From the NCBI GenBank assembly GCA_003021235.1, contig PXQR01000102.1, forward strand, positions 2,051-66,050: a stretch of 64,000 bases of DNA, given 5' to 3'. The stretch's first letter is position 1, and the number at the start of each line of letters is the position of its first letter. This DNA comes from Halobacteriales archaeon QH_6_64_20. GTDB lineage: Archaea > Halobacteriota > Halobacteria > Halobacteriales > Halococcaceae. Under the pieces are notes generated by a model. It saw only the letters and a list, made by a program, of their open reading frames with translations, had not been told where the DNA came from and made no database searches. Shown here piece by piece: positions 25,014 through 33,334 of this stretch. The translations under genes were made by a program, and so were the position numbers.

Positions 25014-25585
25014 GATCGGTTGCCTCCCTCTTTTAGGTGGACTTCGAGAACTCCATTGTGATAGGACGCAGCGGCGAGCGACGCGTCCGCGAGACGGTGG
25101 GGGACGCGTTCTATGATCCGCTCGCCGTCGCCGACGAGCAGGTCGCCGTTCCGACTCGATACGCCCGCCGCGAGGTCCTCGGGCTCGATCTCGGACACAT
25201 CGACGGCGACGAGCGCTTCGGAGCCCTCTTCGTCGTACTCGACGCTCGTCGGGTGATCGGGCCCTTCGCTGGCGGGAGCGGGGCCGCCGGCGTCGGCTAC
25301 GGCGTCGTCGACCGTCCCGACGTCGATCGAGACGTCGTGACCGATCGACATCCGGCCGATGTCGGTGCGTCCGCGGCCGACGGCTGCGTCGCTCCGGACG
25401 TTCAAATCGCTCTCGGCGACCGTCTCGATGAGGTCACGTAGTACCGAGGCGAGCCCTCCGCTCGAAGCGTCCTCCGTCGGAGCGTCCCCAGCGGCGGCGT
25501 CCTCGGCGTCGTCTCCGGTCTCGCTTCCGGTTTCGGCTCCCGTCTCGTCGTCGGTCTCGGTATCGTCGATGTCGTCCTGTGTCAT
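25010..25585 (-). CDS. gvpH: gas vesicle protein GvpH (Hsp20/alpha-crystallin-like)
   Basis: Acidic N-terminus, then a C-terminal ACD-like segment ...ALVAVDVSEIEPEDLAAGVSSRNGDLLVGDGERIIERVPH...ASYHNGVLEVHLKEG. It sits between gvpG and the gvpI slot. Confidence 0.8.
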   Translation of the reverse strand: MTQDDIDDTETDDETGAETGSETGDDAEDAAAGDAPTEDASSGGLASVLRDLIETVAESDLNVRSDAAVGRGRTDIGRMSIGHDVSIDVGTVDDAVADAGGPAPASEGPDHPTSVEYDEEGSEALVAVDVSEIEPEDLAAGVSSRNGDLLVGDGERIIERVPHRLADASLAAASYHNGVLEVHLKEGGNRS

Positions 25586-25839
25586 TACTGTTTCACCTCG
25601 ACTCTGCCGCTCAGGTTCTCGCGGGCGTTCTCCGCCACTTCGAGTTCGAGTTCGAGTTCCTCGCGTCGCTGTTCGTATTCCTCGCGCGGGCGCTCGCCGA
25701 TCTCGTAGAGCAGTTGGTTTTCCTTGATGTCGTCCTGGATGGCCTCCACGTCGTAGGCTTCCTGGATCGCCGTCGAACGGAGGATCTTCACGAGCGAGAT
25801 CCAGGGCTTTATCAGGACATCGTCGAGGAGAAACGTCAT
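25585..25839 (-). CDS. gvpG: gas vesicle protein GvpG
   Basis: From ATG 25839 (ATGA overlap with the gvpF stop). MTFLLDDVLIKPWISLVKILRSTAIQEAYDVEAIQDDIKENQLLYEIGERPREEYEQRREEL. Confidence 0.85.
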   Translation of the reverse strand: MTFLLDDVLIKPWISLVKILRSTAIQEAYDVEAIQDDIKENQLLYEIGERPREEYEQRREELELELEVAENARENLSGRVEVKQ

Positions 25840-26468
25840 CGATCCACCCCGATTTCGAGATCGACGAAATTGTACGGGGCCCACGGACCGGTGTACTGGG
25901 TAATCAGCGAGCCGCCGTACTCGTCTTCGATCCCTGCGATCGCTGCGTCGAAGGCCTCTCGATCGTCGCGCTCGACGAGATACGATCGGTTGAGCACGAG
26001 CCGATCGCTGAACAGGCCGTTTTCGGTCTCCTCGACCGACACTCCTCGGAGACGTCCGGAGACGTCCTCGCGGACCGACTCGCGATCGACCGTCACCCCC
26101 TCTTCGGCGACGAGTTTGAGTCCCATCTCGACGGTACCCTCGATGTCGTTCAACGTTCTCGTGAGTACGCTTCTGCTCCCGCGCAGGACGTTCTTCAGCG
26201 GGCGGGCGCTTTTGAACACCATGCCGAAGCGCATCGGCACGACGGCTTCGATGTCCTCGTCGCTCATGATCGTCTGGAGCGCTTCGTCATGTGCGCGGAG
26301 GTTCTCGTCGGTTTGTTCGGGTTCCAAGGTATCGATGTCCGATACGACGGCCGAGAGCGTCCGGTACTCGACCGTATACAGTCGCGTCGCGCCGGCGACG
26401 CCATCGACGGCGAGCTCCCTGTCAGCCCCGTCGATGACGCCGTACGTATAGAGGTGTTCGTCAGCCAT
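25836..26468 (-). CDS. gvpF: gas vesicle protein GvpF
   Basis: From ATG 26468. HLYTYGVI...LSAVVSDID...AVVPMRFGMVF...ITQYTGPWAPYNFVDLEIGVDR. Confidence 0.9.
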   Translation of the reverse strand: MADEHLYTYGVIDGADRELAVDGVAGATRLYTVEYRTLSAVVSDIDTLEPEQTDENLRAHDEALQTIMSDEDIEAVVPMRFGMVFKSARPLKNVLRGSRSVLTRTLNDIEGTVEMGLKLVAEEGVTVDRESVREDVSGRLRGVSVEETENGLFSDRLVLNRSYLVERDDREAFDAAIAGIEDEYGGSLITQYTGPWAPYNFVDLEIGVDR

Positions 26469-26627
26469 GATTACAGTCATCGGCCCGAAGACCGGTAACG
26501 ATGCCGGTGACACGCGGTCGTGTGCGTTCGTGTCGTCTTCCTATTCGGCGGGCAGTTAAGAACCTACTGCTGGCGTCTGCGAGCACGACATCGTACTGGA
26601 TCCCTCGGCTTGCAAACGCTGCCCGAA

Positions 26628-26639
26628 GTAATTAAAAGG
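26628..26639 (+). promoter_or_regulatory. TATA-like box upstream of gvpA (GTAATTAAAAGG)
   Basis: This is the only strongly AT-rich element in the 193-nt gvpF-gvpA divergent spacer on this side. It is centred about 29 nt upstream of ATG 26662. Confidence 0.45.
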
Positions 26640-26661
26640 TGGGCCCAAAACGGACACTGGC

Positions 26662-27009
26662 ATGTCAGTAGCTGCGAGCGGACGGCCGTCGAGCGAGAGT
26701 CTCGCGGAGATCGTCGACCGTATCCTCGATAAGGGCCTCGTGGTTGACGTCTGGGCGCGTGTGTCGGTCGTCGGCATCGAGATCCTCACGGTCGAGGCAC
26801 GCATCGTCGTCGCATCGGTCGATACGTTCCTCCACTACGCGAAGAACATATCGACGTTGGAGATCGCGAGCCAATCCGGCGACCTCGAAGACCTCCAGAA
26901 CCTCGAGTTCGGCTCGTCGCCGATGGTCCAGCCGGCACCGGACGTTCCCGATCACCGGATCGGCGAGGCCGAAAGCGAAGCCGAAGAACAGGAAGCCGAA
27001 GCACAGTAG
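26662..27009 (+). CDS. gvpA: major gas vesicle structural protein GvpA (C-terminally extended)
   Basis: [48 protein letters not shown] is the near-invariant GvpA core. It is followed by about 40 extra acidic residues. Confidence 0.95.
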   Translation: MSVAASGRPSSESLAEIVDRILDKGLVVDVWARVSVVGIEILTVEARIVVASVDTFLHYAKNISTLEIASQSGDLEDLQNLEFGSSPMVQPAPDVPDHRIGEAESEAEEQEAEAQ

Positions 27010-27054
27010 TCAAGCCGATCCTATAAGTTTCTCCTCGTACTCTCCCACCCTGTC

Positions 27055-27174
27055 ATGAGTGTTGATACCGAGAATCGGGTCGAAACCGAAGCGAGCGCCA
27101 CGGGAAGCATCGAGGAAGGCTCGACCGAACGCGATCGGGTCAGGTCGACGGTATCACCCGAGGAGAGCGGATAA
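27055..27174 (+). CDS. possible 39-aa small ORF between gvpA and gvpO
   Basis: MSVDTENRVETEASATGSIEEGSTERDRVRSTVSPEESG. Its stop lies 2 nt before the gvpO ATG. It is too short to judge by composition. Confidence 0.3.
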   Translation: MSVDTENRVETEASATGSIEEGSTERDRVRSTVSPEESG

Positions 27175-27176
27175 CG

Positions 27177-28355
27177 ATGGCGTCGATCGACCCGGACGAG
27201 CGGACGGTCCGTGAACTGCGAACGGACGTGCGTGAGATCGACGATCCGGCCGAACTCCGGGAGATGCGCGACGCCGAAGCCGAGGGCAAGGACCGAAAGA
27301 GCGCAAAGGAAGCGATCGAGCGGCGACTGGCCCGACTCGAAGAGGACGAAGCGAGCGAGAGCGACGGCGAAACCGACGAGGGTGAAGGAGATACGGCTGG
27401 AGAGGAACGCACGACCGACGAAACGCCCGGGACGAGCGTCGAAACGGCGATCGGAACGACCGGTCAGCGCCTCGACTCGATCGGAGCACAGGACGAGGAC
27501 GATACGATGGGGACGGCCAAAGCCGACGCGAACGCGGACTCCATGGACGACGGGGACTACAGGGGTATCGGAGCCGGCGGAGGCATCGGCGCTATCGAGC
27601 CCACCGAAACCGCCGAGAGCGGCGAGAACCGGGACGACGAGACGAACGATACGAGCGGGAGGTCAACGAGCAGTGAGCTCAGAGAGCGATTAAGCGCCTT
27701 CGAAACGGGCACCGAGAACGAAGCCGACGCCACGACGGAAGCGACCGACGGAGACGGCGAGGATTCGAGTTCCGAGCACGAAGACGAGGAACGAACCAGC
27801 GAAACCGAATCGGACAACGAGACAGCCGAGAACGGAGATGACTCCGACGAGAGCGACGATGAAGTCGACGATGAGGCTGAGGAGGACGAAGCCGACAACG
27901 GCAGGGGCGAACGCCTGACCGATACCACTGAAGATACCATGAGCGAAACCGAAACACGGAGCGAAACGGACCGAGACGCCGAAGCGAGCGACGAACTCCC
28001 GGCGGAAGCCGAAGGGACCGATGAAACCGATAGGACCGAAACACCGGACGAAACGGGACACGAAGACGAATCGGACGTTTCGAGCGGCAACGTGTCGCTG
28101 ATCGACATCAGAAACGAGATTCGAGACACCGCAGCGGACCTCATCGGTCGCCGCCTCGACGGCATCTCGGGCATTCGGCGTACCGACGACGGTTGGTACG
28201 CCATCGTCAACATGATCGAGCGCCGGTCGGTGCCGGATACCCAGGACATCCTCGGACGCTACGAGATCACGTTCGATTCGAGCGGCAATTTAGAGGGATA
28301 TCGCCGCCTCAGCCGCTATCGTCGCGGCGATACCACCGAAGAGGACTGGCAGTAG
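27177..28355 (+). CDS. gvpO: GvpO with about 300-aa acidic N-terminal extension
   Basis: The C-terminal 85 aa, IRNEIRDTAADLIGRRLDGISGIRRTDDGWYAIVNMIERRSVPDTQDILGRYEITFDSSGNLEGYRRLSRYRRGD, match the GvpO domain as I recall it. The rest is low-complexity D/E/T/G sequence. Confidence 0.85.
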   Translation: MASIDPDERTVRELRTDVREIDDPAELREMRDAEAEGKDRKSAKEAIERRLARLEEDEASESDGETDEGEGDTAGEERTTDETPGTSVETAIGTTGQRLDSIGAQDEDDTMGTAKADANADSMDDGDYRGIGAGGGIGAIEPTETAESGENRDDETNDTSGRSTSSELRERLSAFETGTENEADATTEATDGDGEDSSSEHEDEERTSETESDNETAENGDDSDESDDEVDDEAEEDEADNGRGERLTDTTEDTMSETETRSETDRDAEASDELPAEAEGTDETDRTETPDETGHEDESDVSSGNVSLIDIRNEIRDTAADLIGRRLDGISGIRRTDDGWYAIVNMIERRSVPDTQDILGRYEITFDSSGNLEGYRRLSRYRRGDTTEEDWQ

Positions 28356-28586
28356 CAACCGAAGCCAGACCGTGTTCGGATACGGTGACTGCTGACTGAG
28401 CCACGATGTCGTGTCGCCTCAGGGACTCAGCCGCTGTCTGTCCGGCGAGACTCGCTTCGCTCACGGACGCGTGGTGTCCGTTCGCATCGAGGGCTTCCCC
28501 TCCGGTCGCTCTCGCACCGCTCGTCTCGCTGGCTCCCAACGTCTGAGCCCGTAGTGGCAAAGACGTTGGCGATCCCGCGGGAACAC

Positions 28587-28635
28587 GGTCGTTCCTGTTC
28601 GCTCCTTTCAGTCGCTCACCTCCGACTCCCTGCTC
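28587..28635 (+). repeat. 49-nt dispersed intergenic repeat, copy 2
   Basis: ggtcgttcctgttcgctcctttcagtcgctcacctccgactccctgctc is 46/49 identical to 10116..10164. It lies in the 300-nt convergent spacer between gvpO and aspS. Confidence 0.8.
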
Positions 28636-28657
28636 CCACTCGACAGCGCGATTTCGC

Positions 28658-29965
28658 CTACGGGCTCAATCGCTGTCTATCTCGCGGGAAGAGCACGGCT
28701 TCGCGGATGTTCGCCAGGCCGACCATTGTGGTGACGAGCCGTTCGGCACCGTAGGCCCACCCGGCGTGTGGCGGCATGCCGTACCGGAACATTCGGGTGT
28801 AGTAATCGAACGCCTCCGGGTCGAGGCCCTGTGCTTCGAAGCCCTCGACGAGCGGTTCGTAGCGGTGTTCGCGCTGGCCCCCCGAGACGAGTTCCATTCG
28901 CGGGTGCATCAGGTCGAAGCCCTTCGAGACCTCGGGATCGTCGTCGTAGTCCTGGATGTAGAAAGGCTTGATATCGCTCGGCCAGTCGGTGACGAAGTAG
29001 TGGCCGTCGATCGCGTCCCCGAGAGCGTGTTCGGCGTCGGTCGTCAGATCGTCGCCCCAGACCAGTTGTTCGGTTAGTTCGCCCGTCGCGTTCGCCCGCT
29101 CGATCGCCTCCTCGTAGGTGAGCCGCGGGAACCCCTCGTCGGGAAGCGCGAAGCCCTCGGCCTCGAAGCCAAGCGTTTCGAGCTCGGCCCCGCAGTTCGT
29201 CGCGACCGCGTCGTAGGCCGCGCGGAGGGTGCCCTCACAGACGTCCATCGCCTCGTGATGGGTAATAAACGCCGACTCGAAGTCGATCGAGGTCGCCTCG
29301 TTGAGGTGCCGGGGCGTGTTGTGTTCTTCCGCGCGGAAGATCGGGCCGATCTCACAGACCCGCTCTAAGCCGCTGGCGACCATGAGCTGTTTGAACAGCT
29401 GGGGCGATTGGTTCATAAAGGCCTCCTGCCCGAAGTAGGTGATCGGGAAGAGTTCGGTCCCGCCCTCGGTGCCGGTGGCGACGATCTTCGGGGTGGTAAT
29501 CTCCGTGGCACCGACCTCCCGGAAGAACTCGCGGATCGCACGCAATGCCTCGGCGCGGATCTCGAAGACCGCCTTGGCTTCCTCACGCCGGAGATCGAGA
29601 GAGCGGTTGTCGAGGCGGGTCGGCAGTTCGGCGTCGACCTTCCCGGAGGGATCGAGCGGCAGTTCCGGTTCGGCGGACGCGAGGACCTCTACCTCCTCGG
29701 GGACGATCTCGACACCGGTCGGCGCACGATCCTCGGCTTCGGCCTCCCCGACCACCGAGACGACGCTCTCCCTGGTGACGTTCGTTCCGGTCTCGACGAG
29801 GGAAGCGTCGAGGTCCTCCTTGGCGAACTTGACCTGGATCCGTCCACTCCCGTCACGGAGGATCAGGAAGGCAATACCCCCCAAGTCGCGGATCTCGTGT
29901 GCCCAGCCGGCGACGGTCACGCTCTCGCCGGGCTCGACGTCCGCGGCGTAGGTTCGATCTCGCAT
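28658..29965 (-). CDS. aspS: aspartate--tRNA ligase (archaeal type)
   Basis: From ATG 29965 ([10 protein letters not shown]...). An OB anticodon-binding domain and class II motifs (...[14 protein letters not shown]..., ...GGQREHRYE..., ...[13 protein letters not shown]). Confidence 0.95.
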   Translation of the reverse strand: MRDRTYAADVEPGESVTVAGWAHEIRDLGGIAFLILRDGSGRIQVKFAKEDLDASLVETGTNVTRESVVSVVGEAEAEDRAPTGVEIVPEEVEVLASAEPELPLDPSGKVDAELPTRLDNRSLDLRREEAKAVFEIRAEALRAIREFFREVGATEITTPKIVATGTEGGTELFPITYFGQEAFMNQSPQLFKQLMVASGLERVCEIGPIFRAEEHNTPRHLNEATSIDFESAFITHHEAMDVCEGTLRAAYDAVATNCGAELETLGFEAEGFALPDEGFPRLTYEEAIERANATGELTEQLVWGDDLTTDAEHALGDAIDGHYFVTDWPSDIKPFYIQDYDDDPEVSKGFDLMHPRMELVSGGQREHRYEPLVEGFEAQGLDPEAFDYYTRMFRYGMPPHAGWAYGAERLVTTMVGLANIREAVLFPRDRQRLSP

Positions 29966-30082
29966 GGTTCGGGTTTTTAGGGCCGCGGGCTTAAACGAAT
30001 TCATCGGCCGTCGGACACCGCCACGCCGCGCGCCGCTCGGGAGCGATCGTCCCGCCACCGAACGGGTCGGGAACCGGATCGA

Positions 30083-30925
30083 TTACAGCGACAGCGAACG
30101 GTAGACGAGTACCAGGGTGAGCGCTATCAGCATCGATCCCAGCAGGCCGACGAGCCGGCTCGGATCGACGTGTTTCGCGAGTCGCCAGCCGACGAGTGCG
30201 CCGACGACGTACGCGACGCTGACGACGAACACGAGCGGAACGGCGATCGCGCCGACGAGCGTATAGGAGACCGCCGCGGCCGAAGCGATGAACACGACGG
30301 CGATCTGTGTCACCGCGAGCACGGTGATTATCGGTACTCCCGCTGACACGAGCGCGGGCAGGACGAGCGCCGCCCCGCCGATCCCGAACAGCCCTCCTGC
30401 CGTACCGATCGCGAGGCCGATCACCCCAAATACAGCGATGCCGGCGGTGCTCGTCGGCGCGACATCGAGGGTCGGCAGGCGACCGAGGACGCCGCGTTCG
30501 CGAAGCACGATCGTCACTCCCACAGCCCCGAGTACGACACCGAGCAAAAGGCCGAACGATTGGCGCGAAACCACCGAATCGAGGGGAACGCCGAGGCGGG
30601 TTCCGAGCGCACCCCCGATGCCGATGATCAGCGCCAGCGCCCAGTCCATGTCGCCGGAGCGAACGTATCCGATTGCCCCGAGCACCGACCCGCCGACGAA
30701 GGTCACGCTCGACGTACCGGCGACGACCGCCGTCGGCAGCGCTGTGAGTCCGTAGAGGGCGGCGACGACGAAGATCCCACCGGGGCCGACCGAGGTAACG
30801 GCGACGCCGCCGGCGAACGCGATCGCTCCGAGAACGACGAGGAGGCGGGCGTCCGCCGGCATCGGTCGTTCCTTCAGCGCTTTGACCCCCACTGGATCGC
30901 CGGTCGTTTCCCGGTCGTGATCCAT
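30083..30925 (-). CDS. TauE/SafE-family sulfite exporter-like membrane protein
   Basis: Two internally similar 4-TM halves rich in G/A/V/L (...GPGGIFVVAAL... and ...GGLFGIGGAALVLPAL...). An alternative start is MPADARLL at 30862. Confidence 0.75.
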   Translation of the reverse strand: MDHDRETTGDPVGVKALKERPMPADARLLVVLGAIAFAGGVAVTSVGPGGIFVVAALYGLTALPTAVVAGTSSVTFVGGSVLGAIGYVRSGDMDWALALIIGIGGALGTRLGVPLDSVVSRQSFGLLLGVVLGAVGVTIVLRERGVLGRLPTLDVAPTSTAGIAVFGVIGLAIGTAGGLFGIGGAALVLPALVSAGVPIITVLAVTQIAVVFIASAAAVSYTLVGAIAVPLVFVVSVAYVVGALVGWRLAKHVDPSRLVGLLGSMLIALTLVLVYRSLSL

Positions 30926-31081
30926 CGGCTACGACGGGCGGACACCGGATACGACTGGCGAATAGGGGACGGAGCGGACGGACGCTACAACGGACGCGTG
31001 AACGGACGGCGGGGATGAACGGGCGTAGCCGTCGTTACCCGCGCGCTCTCGTCCGGCCAGTGACGGAACACGCGATCCGGA

Positions 31082-31366
31082 CTACTCGATCGAGAGCGAG
31101 CCGTCCCCGCCGTCGCCGGCGTCCTGACCTTCGTCCCACTCGAGTTCGAACTCGACGCTGAGTTCGGGGGGGCCACCGTTGGTTTCGCGCTCGGCTTTGA
31201 CCTCGAAGGTCGGTCTGTTCGGCACGTCGAGCGCGACGTTCTGATCGCCGGCACTGAGCGAGAGCGAGCCGTCGCCGTCGAGTTTGTCGGCCACCGTTCG
31301 TAGGTAGCTCGCGATCTCCGCTCGATCCATCCCCCGTTCGGTCTCGAAGAGTACTTCTTCGGGCAT
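31082..31366 (-). CDS. amphi-Trp domain-containing protein
   Basis: MPEEVLFETERGMDRAEIASYLRTVADKLDGDG...FEVKAERE...SVEFELEWDE, matching the amphi-Trp pattern from memory. Confidence 0.7.
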   Translation of the reverse strand: MPEEVLFETERGMDRAEIASYLRTVADKLDGDGSLSLSAGDQNVALDVPNRPTFEVKAERETNGGPPELSVEFELEWDEGQDAGDGGDGSLSIE

Positions 31367-31446
31367 GATTACGACCTACGCTCGCCGGGTATAGAACCTT
31401 TCGTGCGCGCCCGCTCCGTCCACACGCTTTCGATCGTGTTCACCCC

Positions 31447-31496
31447 TGTCCGTCCGCATCCGTTCGTGTCCGTCGATATCCGTCCGTGTCCGCTCG
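31447..31496. repeat. five phased 10-nt repeats (consensus TRTCCGTCCG)
   Basis: tgtccgtccg catccgttcg tgtccgtcga tatccgtccg tgtccgctcg, with exact 10-nt register. They lie 50-100 nt upstream of the TATA-like element of the amphi-Trp gene. Confidence 0.7.
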
Positions 31497-31530
31497 CGTT
31501 CGCGCCCCGTAGTCGGTGGTGGCCGGCCGA

Positions 31531-32253
31531 TCAACCGGCGTCCTCGGCGTTCTTCGCGTCTTTCGCTCCCCGGACGGTCGCTTCGACCGCCTCGACGCCT
31601 GCGTCGTGTACCAGATCGCCGACGACGACCGTATCGGCCCGATTACCCATCTCGTAGGCCGCGTCGTAGCCGTCGATCCCGCCGCCGTAAAAGAGGGTCG
31701 CCTCGTCGAGCGCGTCGCGGGCCGCGCCGACGATTCCGGGGTCGCCGAAGGTACCCGAGTACTCGACGTACACGATGTCCTGGCCGAACATGCGCTCGGC
31801 GATCGTGGCGTACGCGGCGACTTCCTCGCCGTCGAGATCACAGTCCGCCTGGGTGTACTGTGCGACCGACGAATCGGGGTTGCAGACGATGTACGCCTCG
31901 GTGTACGTCGCGTCCCAGTCGATGTCGCCGTCGAGGCGGACCCATTCTTTGTGCGCGCCGGTGATCCAGGAGATGTCCCCGGCGTTGAACACGACGGGGA
32001 TCAGATAGCCCGAGAGGTGTTCGGAGTGGACGACGGTGGCGTCGATCCCCGGTTCGATATATACGGGCAGATCGTACTCGCCACACGCTTCGATGACCGC
32101 CGATATCTTCTCGACGGTTACGCCAGTGGTGCCGCCGATCTCGATCGCGTCGGTGCCGGTCCGACAGACGTCCGCGAACGTCTCTCCCTCGGCGAGCGTC
32201 TTGTCGGGATCGACCTTCACGATGTGATCCCAGTCGGCCCACGGCCCAGCCAT
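31531..32253 (-). CDS. geranylgeranylglyceryl phosphate synthase (PcrB family)
   Basis: [11 protein letters not shown]...[12 protein letters not shown]...[11 protein letters not shown]...LFYGGGI. Confidence 0.9.
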   Translation of the reverse strand: MAGPWADWDHIVKVDPDKTLAEGETFADVCRTGTDAIEIGGTTGVTVEKISAVIEACGEYDLPVYIEPGIDATVVHSEHLSGYLIPVVFNAGDISWITGAHKEWVRLDGDIDWDATYTEAYIVCNPDSSVAQYTQADCDLDGEEVAAYATIAERMFGQDIVYVEYSGTFGDPGIVGAARDALDEATLFYGGGIDGYDAAYEMGNRADTVVVGDLVHDAGVEAVEATVRGAKDAKNAEDAG

Positions 32254-32469
32254 ATACCACTACACCCGAGAGGAGTGATTAAAACCGCTTCGTTCGTTCG
32301 CGGCGAGCACGGACACGGGGATCTAAAGCGAACACGAAAGCGGAGAGCGTGGCCGTCCGCGGGACCTCCACGATCGCTCCGGAAAACTGGATCCGCGTGG
32401 ATCGACGTGACGAATTCATCCAGTATCGTTTTATCCTCCCCTCGAATACGCCCGCACAGTGAACGGAAC

Positions 32470-33177
32470 GTGAAGGGAAAGCAGTGGTACCAGACGACCG
32501 ACGTCGTCGAGACCTACGAGACCAAACGCTTCTCGCAGGGCGGCCAGTTGATCGACGACCGGGAGAAACGCGCCGTTCTCGACGCCATCGGCCCGGTCGG
32601 CGAGAAACGAGTCCTCGAAATCGCCTGTGGCACCGGCCGGTTTACCACGTTGCTCGCCGAACGCGGCGCGGACATCGTGGGGCTCGACATCTCCTCGCCG
32701 ATGCTTCGGGAGGGCCGCGCCAAGGCCGTTCGCGCCGGCGTCGATAGCAATATCGAGTTCGTCCGCGGCGACGCCGCCCGACTGCCCTTCCCCGACGACT
32801 TCTTCGATACGGTCTTTGCGATGCGATTCTTCCATCTCGCCGACAGGCCCGCATCCTTCCTCGCGGAGATGTGTCGGGTTTCGGCCGAACAGGTCTTCTT
32901 CGATACGTTCAACGGACGGAGCACGCGTTCGGCGTACAACTGGTTGCTCCCGATGGGATCGCGGCTGTACGGCGACAGCGAGGTCGAGCGCCTGCTCGCC
33001 GGTGCCGGCCTCTCGCTCGCGAGCGCCGAACACGACTTCGTGCTTCCATACGGCCTCTACCGCAAACTCCCGAACGACCTAGCGGCCGACCTGCGCGAAC
33101 TCGACGTCGCCCTCGGGGAGACCCCAGTCGGCGACTTCCTCGCGTCCGTCTCGTACTGGAACGCTCGGGTTGGGTAG
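32470..33177 (+). CDS. class I SAM-dependent methyltransferase
   Basis: GTG 32470 (VKGKQWYQTTD...). Motif I is VLEIACGTGRFT, and LDISSPML is also present. It occupies the 3' part of the composite tracked ORF 31516..33177. Confidence 0.8.
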   Translation: MKGKQWYQTTDVVETYETKRFSQGGQLIDDREKRAVLDAIGPVGEKRVLEIACGTGRFTTLLAERGADIVGLDISSPMLREGRAKAVRAGVDSNIEFVRGDAARLPFPDDFFDTVFAMRFFHLADRPASFLAEMCRVSAEQVFFDTFNGRSTRSAYNWLLPMGSRLYGDSEVERLLAGAGLSLASAEHDFVLPYGLYRKLPNDLAADLRELDVALGETPVGDFLASVSYWNARVG

Positions 33178-33334
33178 CCCGAACGCCGACGTATCGGAGC
33201 GGCGCACACACGTCGGAGCGGCACACGATCTCCGCGCCGAACGAGCGTCGTCCCGACGATCCGGCAACCGGTGCGGTCGCTTCGCTCGCCGAGGTCGTGT
33301 GTATTATAAGTGGTCGGGAGGCGTATGTAGTGGT

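Noticed and set aside
10116-28635. The two 49-nt repeats as boundaries of an 18.5-kb genomic island
   Set aside because: The enclosed segment includes core genes (DRG GTPase, phosphopantothenate synthetase), and there is no integrase. The accessory-looking part starts only around 13.6 kb.
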